Source: Bigelowiella natans CCMP2755 (Eukaryota; Protista; Cercozoa). Taken from it: a stretch of DNA of 64,000 nt. Within the stretch, counting starts at the first letter, position 1, and each line of letters opens with the position of its first letter. The DNA lies in the NCBI GenBank assembly GCA_000320545.1, contig ADNK01003345.1:1-64000 (forward strand), given 5' to 3'. This document shows, in pieces, positions 1 to 22,544 of this stretch. The position numbers and the translations under genes are program-made. A model generated the notes under the pieces. It had not been told where the DNA came from and did not search any database. It saw only the letters and a list, made by a program, of their open reading frames with translations.

Positions 1-122
1 TTAGACATGCACGCTTACCCGTCGGATACTGTCCTACGCAGCTCCAGACTGCAGCATATCTCCACACGTCACCTCACATCGCAGCACACCTGGTAGAAAA
101 ACGCCTAAAGAACTACTGCACC

Positions 123-2273
123 ATGAGCAACCCAAATCTAAAGAATCTAACTACCTGGGGATGCATCGGAGTAAACCACATTGACAAGGAACTCCGACCT
201 GCAGGTGGTATGGGTGCTAGAGGTGAATACGTACGTATGTTGGGATATGACGATAGATTTGGTACTTTTCTCGTCGCCACGAAGACGCTGAAAATTAAAA
301 GAGTCCGTGTAACTAAATGGTACCACACAGTGTTTAAGTTTCCTTCGCTGAAGAGAAACAAAGTTAGTGATTCGGCTTTGGCGTACCTTTATCCAGAAGG
401 TCCTGCCGACGCGGACGCCCCCGAACCATCCAGTGCAACTGACGAGTTGCCAGAGGATGGTGGGCCTGAAACAAAAGCAAAAAGTAAGCCTCGAAGGTCG
501 AATAGAGAAAATAGGGGAGTACCTGGTATTCGTTACGGAATACTTGGTAGCTATTACGACCGCCTGATGAATATAAAAGCTCCATCAGTACATGAGATCG
601 AGGACCTTCCTAAGACGTATGACGATGCAATCACAGGAGATGATAAGAAGCATTGGATACCTTCTACGGAAGAGGAACTGCACCAGCTTCGAAAACTTGG
701 AACGTTTACGCTGGTAGTGCGACCTAAGGATACAAATTTCGTTACATCTAAATGGGTATTCAAGAAGAAAATAAATGTAGACTATACCATTCGGTATAAG
801 TCAAGGCTGGTCGCGCGAGGGTTCACGCAGATCCCGGGAGAAGACTCCTTCTTCTCTTATTCCCCGACGTTGTCCCTAAATAGTTTTCGGATAATGTTAG
901 CCATAGCATCTATCCTCAAGCTAAAACTACACGGGATAGATATACTTACAGCTTTCCTAACTGGAAAGATGGACTGTAAAGTATACATGGAAATACCTAA
1001 AGGGTGGAAGCCGAAGACACCTGATGAAATCCGGCTATACAACAGTGGCCTTCCACTAGCCCTACTGGTAAATAAAAGCATTTATGGGCTGACACAAGCA
1101 AGTGCAATATTCAGCCTTACCTTGCTCGAGCATCTCAACGCCATTGGCTTCGTCCAGCTTTACTCCGATCCTTGCCTAATGATAATGCACAGACAAGGAA
1201 GAATCATCATATTGTCATGTTTCGTGGATGACATATGCATAGCATATCAAGATAAGAAAGACCTGGACTTTGTCATGAAGCGAATAGGCGACAAGTTTGA
1301 GTTTCGCGATGAAGGCGAGCTAAAGAAAACACTGGGCATAAGAGTTGGTAGCGACAATGAGGGAAACTATTGGATATCGCAGGAAGATTACCTCACCAGA
1401 CTCGCCCAGAAGTATGATATCACGCCTACGAAAAGAGCAAAAACACCAATGATAACAGGATCAAAGTTAGACGAATACGTGGAACATGAAAAAGTAGATC
1501 AGAAGGCATACAGATCCATCATAGGAGCAGCAATGTATGCAGCGGTGGCTACTAGGCCAGACATCTGCTACACTCTATCTCGTCTAGCTTCCTACAGTCA
1601 AGATCCTAGAACTATACACTACATCGCTGCAGTGCGCTTACTACAATATCTGGTCAACACAAAGGACAAAAGAATTACCTTTAAAGCAGCGTCCAAACCT
1701 GAGCTTAAAGCCTACGTCGATGCTTCCTGGAAGACCTGCAAGAAAACGGGTAAATCATATTCAGGATATTTCATATCGCTAAGCAACGCACCTGTTGTCT
1801 GGAAGAGCAACAAGCAAAAGGTCGTTGCTATGTCCAGTGGCGAGGCTGAGTACATAGCATTATCAGATATATGCAGAGAGTTAGTGTATGTCACTCAGTT
1901 ACTACAGGAGTTAAAAATGAAAATACCGAACCCTGTACCTGTGTATTGTGACTCTCAAGCAGCTATCTCCATTGCAGCCAAGCCTGGATTCACACAGAAA
2001 GGCAAGAACATAAGGATAGAATATCACAATGTTCGTGATAACTATCAAACCAAGCAGATCTGCATAAACAAAATACCTGGGGAGGACAATCCCGCTGATA
2101 TACTTACCAAGGCTCTACCAGGACCTAGCAACAAGAAACACTGTGATTTCTTGTTCCCTATATCATACAGAGAAAAACTAACCATCATGCTACAAGGCAC
2201 CAGAAAAAGAAAAATAACAACAAAGGCTCTACCTTACAAGCTCCCTCGCCTTGTCGGCCCCACGTCCGCTTAG
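123..2273 (+). CDS. Copia pol polyprotein fragment (post-integrase SH3-like region, RT, RNase H). The ATG at 123 is not the true start.
   Basis: 716-aa ORF with the motifs above. The upstream integrase-like peptide (KTPKELLHHEQP, cf. KTPYELW..KP) lies in a different frame, so there are indels within 1-140. Confidence 0.92.
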   Translation: MSNPNLKNLTTWGCIGVNHIDKELRPAGGMGARGEYVRMLGYDDRFGTFLVATKTLKIKRVRVTKWYHTVFKFPSLKRNKVSDSALAYLYPEGPADADAPEPSSATDELPEDGGPETKAKSKPRRSNRENRGVPGIRYGILGSYYDRLMNIKAPSVHEIEDLPKTYDDAITGDDKKHWIPSTEEELHQLRKLGTFTLVVRPKDTNFVTSKWVFKKKINVDYTIRYKSRLVARGFTQIPGEDSFFSYSPTLSLNSFRIMLAIASILKLKLHGIDILTAFLTGKMDCKVYMEIPKGWKPKTPDEIRLYNSGLPLALLVNKSIYGLTQASAIFSLTLLEHLNAIGFVQLYSDPCLMIMHRQGRIIILSCFVDDICIAYQDKKDLDFVMKRIGDKFEFRDEGELKKTLGIRVGSDNEGNYWISQEDYLTRLAQKYDITPTKRAKTPMITGSKLDEYVEHEKVDQKAYRSIIGAAMYAAVATRPDICYTLSRLASYSQDPRTIHYIAAVRLLQYLVNTKDKRITFKAASKPELKAYVDASWKTCKKTGKSYSGYFISLSNAPVVWKSNKQKVVAMSSGEAEYIALSDICRELVYVTQLLQELKMKIPNPVPVYCDSQAAISIAAKPGFTQKGKNIRIEYHNVRDNYQTKQICINKIPGEDNPADILTKALPGPSNKKHCDFLFPISYREKLTIMLQGTRKRKITTKALPYKLPRLVGPTSA

Positions 2274-2506
2274 ACGCCCTATAAAAGCCCCACGTCCATC
2301 TAGAAACCTACAACATATGAACATATAGGCTGCAAGGTTTTAATGGCACACATCTTTATATGTGTGTACCTTTCCTTGCGTATCTTACTATGGACTATAT
2401 GCACAGCTATGTGCACAGCTCCGATGGGGGCGAATGTAAATTACGCTATGGATTATATAATTGCACAGTGTCTGTCTTCCAGACACTGCACAATCATGGG
2501 GGCGAA

Positions 2507-2829
2507 TGTGGAACAAAGACAGGATACCTACAAAACAAGAACAAGATATAAGGCTATATACTACGAGATACCTACGAAATTAAAAATAAATAAGACAGAA
2601 AAAAACTGCCTTCCCTGTGTGGAGGTGTGGAAGAACAATGTCGCTATGACCAGAGTATGATGCCTTCAGACCCACGAAGGCAGACTGTATTCTCTTCGGC
2701 ATTCCTTCTCGATCTGGCATGGCTGCAACCCAGCCAGCCAACAGTATTTGGAGCCCAGCCCGCAATTTCGTCTCTCAGGGAAGAGCTCCATTGGGGGACG
2801 TGGACGTGTACGTAGCTCGCCTCATCACA
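2507..2829 (+). repeat. Putative 3' LTR (about 323 bp)
   Basis: Starts TGTG immediately after the PPT-like GGGGGCGAA (2498-2506) and ends CACA at 2829. Contains TATA-like (GATATAA, CTATATA) and AATAAA motifs. The 5' LTR is not available for confirmation. Confidence 0.6.
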
Positions 2830-2915
2830 AGAGGTGGGGCAAGGTGAAGAGTTAAAAGCACGGTCGATCGAAGTTCCTAAATTTGGGGACCTGACTATGG
2901 GAAACCAGATCGGTG

Positions 2916-2953
2916 TTCCAGAATGTTCCAGAATGTTCCAGAATGTTCCAGAA
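2916..2953. repeat. 10-bp tandem TTCCAGAATG x about 4 (short nTTCnnGAAn HSE-like array)
   Basis: Read directly from the sequence; 8 alternating TTC/GAA pentamers. Confidence 0.8.
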
Positions 2954-3049
2954 TGTTTTCTGGAAGCACGTGAGGGATTCCAGAATTTTTTCTGGAAGCA
3001 CACTGGTGTCGTTTAAAAAATTAATTTTTTGGACAAGTCCCAGTTCGTA

Positions 3050-3731
3050 CCGAAATGGTGGCACCTTGCCCAGTCAGGCAAGAATTTTTCCTGCCGATTT
3101 CGGAGTGCACCATGCCCATGGCACCTTGCCCAGTTGCAAGCCTGGGAATTTTGTGCCTCTGCACAGAGTTTCAGGCGTCTGGTGGTGCGATGTTTGGTCG
3201 GCAAAATTTTGCCAACCATTCGGACTCCGAAACCTTTGGGAATGGCGTCCATGTGCAGCACCGTGCAAAAGTTCTGTCACCATGGCAGAAATGGCACGTG
3301 CACATCAGCACTCTGATCGTGGTCACCACGTCCATGGGGGCGTGTCAGCGGTCTGGCCGCGCCACCCACGATCAAGGAGCTGTCGCAGCATGCGCACGTC
3401 CACTCGTGCTGCACGCTGCGCTGCGCACATGCGCATGGAAGTTCTCAGAACTTCGGGAATCTTCGAGAAGCTTCGAGAATCTTCCAGAAGCTTCGAGAAC
3501 ATTCCGGAAGATTCGAGAATCTTCCAGAATCTTCGAGAGCATTCCGGAAGCTTCGAGAATCTTCCAGAGAATTCGAGAGAATTCTGGAAGATTCGAGAAT
3601 CTTCGCGAATGCGCCGGAACCCAATGCGCACATGCATGCAGCGCAAGTCACAAGTCATCAACACAATTCAAACGCACACAGGACCGCGTGTTGACACTCA
3701 GTGACATCAGCACAGTCCCGCGCACAAAAGC
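3050..3731. other. TpA-depleted island 1 (core)
   Basis: No TA dinucleotide in 682 nt by manual scan; overlapping ORFs are Tyr-free within the core. Confidence 0.9.
3452..3609. promoter_or_regulatory. Large heat-shock-element-like array: 16 periods of TTCnnGAAnn
   Basis: 32 pentamers in exact 5-bp phase. TTC is invariant, GAA occurs in 13 of 16 (GAG in 3), and the spacer dinucleotides vary. Matches the canonical HSF site of inverted nGAAn repeats. Confidence 0.65.
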
Positions 3732-3995
3732 TAAGCAGCTACCGCAAGCCCTCTAAAAATCGGCATCGGCGCTGTGCTCAATCTTATAATACATGTGGCG
3801 TGGCCACATGTGTGGTTCATATAGCAGTGGTGTACATGCAAACACGCCAAACGCAATTCATATGCATGTGCATACTGACATGTTTTAACACCTGCATGAA
3901 TATGTTGTACAATGAATGTCTAACAATGTAATGATTGCGCACATGCAATGTTGTTGCATTGTCGCATATGAAGAATGTGAAGCTCAACGATAAAT

Positions 3996-14431
<10,436 letters not shown>

Positions 14432-15328
14432 CTGTAAATTGAGGCTCTTAGCGATTGAAATGAACCATTATTTATTTATATGGCCTTCTTCGGCCAATAT
14501 TAAACGGAGATGTATACTAAAACGAAGTCAGATATCCAGCAACAACAGATCTAGGAGGACTGGCTATGAGAGATCTTTGATAGAACACCTTTTACGGTGG
14601 TAAATTTTTCTGAGCTGGCCTGTGCAATTGCTGGCTGCGTTGTGGGAGTTATATCCGTCTTCACCCACCACCGATCGATATCCTCGAAAGTAGCCCACGG
14701 TAACTTTGTCGACAGCAGGTAGGAGAGACGTAGTAGGTTTGGTTAGGTTGTCTGTCTGTCTGTTTATCGACGTAATCGCTGATGTCGAATAATGCGCTAC
14801 TCCTCCCCAACAAAACAAGCAGGTAAGGCAAGGCAAGGCAAGCAGGTAGTAGTAGATATATGTCGAACGAACTAAGCAGCAGATAGGTCTCAACGGTGGT
14901 TTCGTCACAGCAGAAACAGCAGTTACTACTACGTACGGCAGCAGCTGATAGGAATCATCGTAAATGCAAAACATTTTAGTACAAAGTCTTACCAGAATGC
15001 ATGTCGTCTTTATATCACAATAACAACTTTGTCAGAAGTTCGTTACTGTGAATATTATCATTGATCCACCATATTGCATGTGGTAGCAACAAAACGTAGC
15101 TTCTAATTTAGATGTTCCCTCGATAAAATATGCCATTTTGTATATGCTTGACTATAGATTATATATTGTTGTTATGATTGTTGCATAATTTAAACCAAAA
15201 AGGACATTATTGATAGTAAGATTATTTTAAATTGTACATGTATATTTTTCATAAACTAAGTAGTAGTAACTCCTCCTCTCCGAACATTCATCAGAAAGCA
15301 CGACCAAGTGCTGTATCGACATACACAA

Positions 15329-16984
15329 ATGGGATGCGGGAGCAGCAGTGTAAGCGAAGAGGTTCCTCACTCCCTGTACTCTTTGGATGCAACGTACACG
15401 TGGAAGATTTATATTTGATGTTATCGATTAGGTAATTGAGGTGAGGGCGCATGATGCAAAGAGTAAGCATACGTCCGTTCTGTGTGCAGGCAACCCCTGA
15501 GTCAAACTTTGTATTTTATTAGAATCAGCAATGATTGAGAAGGAACTAATAACTCATGGGTAAATCCTAGAATTTTTTCATTAGAAACAAGTAAGAATGT
15601 TAATACATGTAATTGCTGGCAGTTGGACTTCGGAAGAGATCAATAACATTGTCAAAGATACTTTTAAGGTTCTTTGCTTCCGCTATATCATAGAATGTAC
15701 ACTTAATCACTGTCAAATGTTCTCCATTTAGGCATTAGATACAGATGGGAATAAACTGATCGACGCAAAAGAACTAAATCAGTTCTTCATCAAAGATTCA
15801 GGCAACTGATTCAAATAATTCAATAGCCATATTCTGGCAATGAAGCAACGATGAACATTATACAAAATTAAAATTAGGTGGCATTGGATACGTTACAATG
15901 GAGCAAAGTAAAAAAATAATCATGCATTAATTCCTCTTAAGATGGTTTACCATTGAAGTTATAACTTTCATTTTCCAGGTATCCAAAAGTCGTTGAAGGC
16001 TATCGATTCCGTAGACACAGACGGCAATGATGCTTTCGACAGAGCAGAATTTAGGCAAGAAGCCGAGAGCCTGATAACTATCATGGAAAAGCTTATTAGC
16101 TGTCCAATAACGGGAAAGCTGACACCTGTGTCTTTGTAAAATTTTAGTTATTGGATGAAGCGGCGCATTCTCAAAAGCTATAACAGTATAGAGAAGGCGT
16201 TCGGCAATATTCAAAAGAGTAAGTAGGATCTCGTCATAATACATATTACGCCGCTGCAGCACCGTCCACCTAAGTCTACTTCTCTTCGCTAATTTTATGA
16301 TTTTTTTAAATTGGACCATAGTGATGACAAGAAAATACCCCAAAGCGCTCGAAGAAAGATTTCTGTCACAGGGGTGGCTTCTTTTTGTCTTGTGTTGCTC
16401 TAATTGAATGATGATTCATTGTTTCCATGATTTCATCCAGATGGCCGAAGGCTAGAAGAGATGCTATGTTCAAAGATGCATACAAGAAAGCCGGGTACAA
16501 TACTCGTTAACAAGCTACTTTCTATGGGCGTTGTGCAAAAGTATAATTTATGCATTTGAAAGGGGCAAGAAAGATAGCCTTCCAAAAAGCAAGCTACTGT
16601 TTTATATTAATGAGGTCTTCCTTGAATCGGGGTACGAATCGATAGTACGTGTCACACATATGTGCACATAGATTCTGAACTTTATATAAGATAAGCCATA
16701 CACATAACATTATATTTCTCACAGGCTACGATATCCTTCCCTTTATGCTGAGAAAAACTTCAAAAATGTTGTGATGGCGAAAAGTATATTAATTTTAACA
16801 AACATTCAAAGCTAATTTTAGAATGCTCTCCCTTGCCCCTCATATACTTGCAAGCATCATTTTTTGGGAAATTTGATTTGGCATTTTCACGTCAGTGGAC
16901 GATGATATTGGATTACTGCAAGCAATGAGTATCGGCGACTTCATAATCATACAAAATGTTCGAAAGAAAGTCAGCCAAGGATAA
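15329..16984 (+). CDS. N-myristoylated/palmitoylated EF-hand calcium-binding protein (multi-exon; 3' end approximate)
   Basis: Starts MGCGSSSVSEE (Gly2/Cys3 acylation motif). Spliced exons give two canonical EF loops, DTDGNKLIDAKE (about 15737-15772) and DTDGNDAFDRAE (about 16014-16049). Too fragmented to appear in the ORF track. Confidence 0.8.
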
Positions 16985-17429
16985 TGAGTGCCTCAGTCCG
17001 GCTTGAGCACGCGACGAGATAACCACAATGGACCTCAAACTAAGCAAAGATGTCGTGATGACTATGAAGCTCTGCAATGTGTCAGAAGATGTGATGGTGG
17101 GGAACTAGATAACTAGATATTGCATGCAAATCGTATAGTGCATGCAATGCTCATGTTGTGCACATGGCGTAGAAAGGCCAATTCCTAGAATTCAGTCGTA
17201 TCAGCCAGCGTGTGCGACGACGCTGTCCAAGTTGCCAATGCATTTCAGATTCCTTGTCCTAGTGTCGTCCATCGGGCCAGCTCGGTCGGGGCTTATTGTT
17301 CAGGACCGCAGTAGCACAACAATAGTGTATTGCTGTGTCTACTATATTGTTTCGCACATTGCGTCGAGTGGCAACACAGGCCAGCTGGATCGCGCCGGGC
17401 TGCTCGAGCTGGCTGATGCGACACACAGC

Positions 17430-17466
<37 letters not shown>

Positions 17467-17833
17467 AAATGCTAACAACGCGTGACACTGTCACTGTTGT
17501 TGACTCTCATTTTGTCTTGAGATGCACGTGTGGGAGTGCGTTCGAGCACAGACGTGCACTTTGGCCACCGCGCCGATCGACACAAATGAAATTGCAAAAT
17601 TCATCATTGAACAACCAATCTAGCAATAGGCGCTGCGCATGCGCACCTCAATGCAACGATCACAAAAATTGAGCACACAAATCGCATCGCAGCACATCGT
17701 ATCGTCATGCGCATGTGACATTCAGCCGGTCGTCTAGCTACTGGACAGCGGTGTTGTGATGTTGCACGTGCTGAGCTGCTGCTGCATGTTCATGCGTCGA
17801 GTGTGCTAGTGTGTGCCGCCCTGCACTGCTCTA

Positions 17834-18546
17834 AATCGTCAACTGCACGTCGTCGGGTGATTGCGCTGGTTCACCGTGCGCCGCAACTGCTCGCTGCGTT
17901 CGAAGAGGCTGTCAGACACACGTCTCCGTCAGGACCATCGCCATCGATCGCAGTCGTCGTCCAAAACAACGACAGTTTTGCACTTCCGCTCAGGAAAATC
18001 AAGGCCTTCTTGTCCTTCTTGTGCCATTTTGACGTTTTTCGAGACAACATTTTGCCTGTCCTGGTCATTGCTGTGTGGATCCCGTGTCGTTTGTGACAGC
18101 CCAGCACTCCAACGCACTGTGCTCCATGCCACTGCACGACGTGACAGGCTAGCAGGGCACCATTGCATTTCGACGCGCTGGGAGAACGTGGGAGACGCCG
18201 ATGCAGCCGAAGGTGACTGAATCATTGCCGTCAGGTTTCTTGCCAATGAACTTTTCGCAGGGGGCAGTGCCTTTGAGAGCCGAGTGCTCGAGGCGATTGT
18301 GTCAATTGCATTGTGCAACAATTGCAGTGATGATCGACTGACTGGTGAAACCAGTGCGACTTGAAAGTTGGTGTTGTGGCTGTTGTGAAACAGTGTGGCT
18401 AGCGGCAATGTGACAGCGCCGCAACTCAAAAACTGTGTCCATGCGATGGCCAACGATCGGATCGGCCGAGGGAGCATCCTGCCAAGGTCAGAAGAAGTTG
18501 AGCTTGTGGCGGGCGGACATTGTTGAAACACGTCTGATTTGAGTCC
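17834..18546. other. TpA-depleted island 2 (core; depletion begins about 17470)
   Basis: Only 2 TA in 713 nt, both in CTAG (18149, 18399). Confidence 0.9.
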
Positions 18547-18596
18547 TACGACATGGTGTTTGTGAATGTCGCATGGAAATACAACATGGGATTTCC

Positions 18597-18597
<1 letters not shown>

Positions 18598-18627
<30 letters not shown>

Positions 18628-18648
18628 AAGAAGAAGAAGAAGAAGAAG
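18598..18648 (+). repeat. (AAG)17 microsatellite at the REV3 5' end
   Basis: Read directly; in frame as poly-Lys if the ATG at 18553 is used. Confidence 0.9.
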
Positions 18649-18696
18649 ACCTTCGAATTCCGGCCAATTCGATCAACGGGTAATGGCAACTTGGAG

Positions 18697-18974
18697 ATGC
18701 AGGACTCGCTGCCCCAACAGAACCCCCCTCCTTGGGGTCTTGGACAGCCTCCGCCGTCCCCGAACTTGCTTAGTGCAAAACGGAGAATTCTCCGTGTACG
18801 CATTGTGGAAATTGATCACGGAATGATGAAGCCGGAAGAAGGGCTGGAGGTGAGCAGACGGGTTAGGAAACTAAAGCTGCTACATGGGTTTCAAATTTGC
18901 CTTCCCAATATCTTCGAACTATCGTCCCTCTCCCCTCTCCTCCCTTTCCACCCCTTCCACACCCCCCTCCCCCC

Positions 18975-19012
<38 letters not shown>

Positions 19013-20268
19013 GACACGACGTCTCTGACGACAAATCGTGAGCATAATCGTGTGCCGGTGATTAAGGTTTATCGATGTCCACAATCCCACACATAATCAA
19101 ATATATGTAAGTGCATACATTTCAATACAACAGAACTTTGCGGTGATACAATATGCACTGGGCATGAAATTTTACGTGGCTGCTAATTAGCGAATAAAAA
19201 ACTGCTGCTGAGATATTCATTATGAGTATTGATAGAGATGGTTACCATACACTATGCAGAACAGCAGCCTACAGTAGCAGCAGTAAGTAGTGTACCACAC
19301 ATCACCAACCAACAACTAAAAACTCAGGTATTTGGTACAACACCAGCAGGACAGAAGGCATGCGTACACGTTCATGGGTAGTAAGAATAATAGTAACAAC
19401 ATACACACACAGTAGATTAACCCGCCCTTTATACATACATTCATGTTATCTGAATTTTGAACTTCGTGGAGATAGATGATACTAGCATTTACTGATTAAT
19501 GTTCCACTTGCACTCTCCATTTCCAGTTACTTTCCATACTTCTTTGTTCTGATTGACGGGGCTTTGCTGGATGAAGATGAGAAAGAGGTTTCAATTTAAG
19601 GAGAAAGTGAAGTAGACGATGACGATGGTGATGATAGAAATATAGATTGTGGATAGAGTCTACCACATATAAACCATGATTATTCAAGCTGGCAGCAGCT
19701 TTCATGGTAAAGTATTTATAAGTGATTCCTAAGTATAGCTTGCTGCATATTGTTGTACAAAAAGATTGTGGCTACCATCTGTGCATCGTTGGAGTCAAAT
19801 CTGAGTATCCTCTCTGAAAACTTATATGGGTAACAATAAAAGATTTGTAGCTGTAGTCTTACTTATAGACATAATGTAGATTTATAGCTAGCACACACTG
19901 TTTGTAGTATGGGTGGTTTAATTTGACCGTGTTGTTTGAAGACCAAGCTGTGATTGCTGTCCTACGTACTCTTCCCTTTCAGATCTGCAAATGCTCGGAA
20001 GAATCATCATTGTCGTTATAAGCAAAGCCGCTCTTTTGTTCATTCTGCAGTCGTGGTGTCAAAGAGCACAATCTATGGGTTATCATTAGTAATAATTGAG
20101 TGGAGAATACTGGCAGAATCAATGTTTCTTCCACTTGTTGCAGTGGTAGCAGCATTAGTATAAATGAGATCATTCGTTTGATATTACTACTACGATAACG
20201 ACGACTACATAGCCTCACATCAGTTTCAGTTTCTTAAAATATATGAGCACATATGTAAATTACACATA

Positions 20269-20302
<34 letters not shown>

Positions 20303-20425
20303 AAATATATCTACTAATTGCGGATAGAGAGTATTATCAACATGTGTTTTCTACGTCTATTTATGGATTAGTGTTTTCTTCTGCCCTCCTCCTCCTCCTC
20401 CTCCTCCTCCTCCTCCTTTCTTTCC

Positions 20426-20474
<49 letters not shown>

Positions 20475-20718
20475 ACATAGTATACATACAAATGATGTAC
20501 TACTACTACTCCCCTGCTGCTTCCTATCAGTTATTATCCGGAGCCTCAGAAATTCCTAAGAATAGAATTTGTTGACCCAAACAGCGTGCAGAGAGCTGCC
20601 GTGCTTTTTCAAGTCCTCTCCCCTCCCTGTTTGTCATAGATTAAAAATGAGTAGAAGCAGCAGGAGGTGGAGTATATGCTCTTGCCAATTATCATTCTTG
20701 GTTCCCATTTTCGTCGTT

Positions 20719-20754
<36 letters not shown>

Positions 20755-20864
20755 GCTATGTTGTTTCTGATGATTATTGTTCTTACAGAAAGGGTGCATT
20801 CTCAACAGAAAGTTTCTCGTGTACCAAGCGCACATTCCGTATATCCTATCGTAATACTGCTGCT

Positions 20865-20897
<33 letters not shown>

Positions 20898-20899
20898 CC

Positions 20900-20931
<32 letters not shown>

Positions 20932-22284
20932 AACAGTCACAATGAAATGAAATAAAGAAGACAATAATAATATATTTGTACATAGATTACTAGTGATATA
21001 CCCATCATGCTTTTTCTAGATGGATGACACTCTTAGACATACTTCGTGAAAACCATCAGTAGTAGTCTCCTCCTCAACAGCGTTTGTTAAGGTGGTAGTA
21101 GGTATCACATTATGTTGTTGTGGCTGTTGTTGTGGCTGTTGCTGTTGCTGTTGCTGCTTTAATTAGATTTTTAGCCGATCATAATCTGGTCGGAATGGGT
21201 TACTTAGAAGCCGCAGTGTGGACATTTCGCCAGCCTCTCCCAGAGGCACCTCCCTTCCCCTTCTCTCGTTATCATCAACAACAATATGGTTGCAGTAGTG
21301 ACACTAAGCACGGGATAGAGAAGACATCATATAGAGAGGAAGTGAGGAGAGAAAGGGGACTAACTAGCATTCAACGAATGTGACAATATTTCTTGCATTG
21401 CTATCATGTGTTTTAGGGTAATATCAATAATAATGTTGAAATATGCGTTGTATTGATGGATAGCTCATCATATCTCCTTATAATAGGTAGTAAATCGAGC
21501 AGCAGCCCGTCTGTTGTTGTTGCTGCTGCTAATGTGTCGTTGTCGTTGTCTTCGATGTCAACTTCATCTTCTTTGGGCGAAGAAGAAAACGAAGACGAAG
21601 AAGAAGAGCAAGTTCCGTGGACGTCACGTAATACCCCGATTGCGTTTATTGACTCTCGCACAAAAGTGAAGGAAACACGGTGTGTCGTAAGTAGACAAGC
21701 TTTGTAGCATGTCCATCATACTTTTTTAGTTTATATTTTCTTCTTCTTAATTGATTATTATCATAGCAGTTCAGGTAGGTAGGTAGGTAGGTAGAGGTAG
21801 AGGTAGGTAGATGGTCGCTGCTGTTGCTGCAATTATAACCTCCATATTTTCCACTCACAGATGTGCTTTAGAGGCAGACGTAAAGGCCACAAACATTGTA
21901 CTATTAGTAAGAAAAGAAGAAGAAGAAGAAGAAGAAGAAGAAGCGATGGTTAGCAATGATTAGCGATACGGACGATCATCGAATATTGAGCCCATTTTGC
22001 TCCCCTTCCTCTTCCTCGATGAACTTCCATCTTGTCCTACTTTCCTTATTCAATGTGTTAATTTCTAAAGCAGTATCGACTTATTATCTTCTATTCAATG
22101 CTTCTTCTTCTTCCTTCTTTACTTTGACAGTTAAACCAGGCGAACATTCCAGCCGAGAAGCTCAGCCAATCTGATTTAGAGACAAAATTTGTAGGAAGTT
22201 TGGCCGTCATATGGGAAGGTATGCTGGTAAATATTGTATAATTGAGAATAGTTAATGAAGCAGCACCCATATGTGATTTATGAT

Positions 22285-22335
<51 letters not shown>

Positions 22336-22508
22336 CACTGCATAAACATTTTTCCTCCTCTCCCTTCTCCCCCCCCCCCTCTTCTTAACCCCTCTTTCTA
22401 CAACATCTTCTGCACCATGGAAGAACATCGCCGAAATCGTCTGATGGCAGGCATTGCACCCCCCAACTCACAGTCTTCTTCTTCAAGCAAGAAAGAGAAA
22501 GAAGGGGG

Positions 22509-22544
<36 letters not shown>

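Larger units (their letters stand above)
1..2829 (+). mobile_element. Ty1/copia LTR retrotransposon, 3' part (integrase C-terminus, RT, RNase H, PPT, 3' LTR); 5' part outside window
   Basis: INT-RT-RH order with copia motifs WVFKKK, YKSRLVARGFTQ, DILTAFL, KSIYGLTQAS, FVDD, YVDASW, SSGEAEY, CDSQAA, NPADILTKAL. A purine tract GGGGGCGAA is followed by a TG...CA-bounded LTR-like segment. Confidence 0.95.

Noticed and set aside
3452-3609. CRISPR-like array
   Set aside because: No unique spacers, a 10-bp period, eukaryotic context and no cas genes.
2913-3756. ORFs of 263 and 233 aa with SR/FEN repeats
   Set aside because: Translation of the HSE arrays in DNA lacking TAA/TAG; open in several frames on both strands with no recognisable domain.
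14564-14974. 136-aa ORF upstream of CFAP70
   Set aside because: No recognisable features; probably 5' UTR or promoter, although an extra CFAP70 5' exon cannot be excluded.
15927-16343. 138-aa minus-strand ORF
   Set aside because: Antisense to the EF-hand gene exons.
17803-18531. Overlapping 88-200 aa ORFs
   Set aside because: Tyr-free by-products of TpA absence; no motif recognised.
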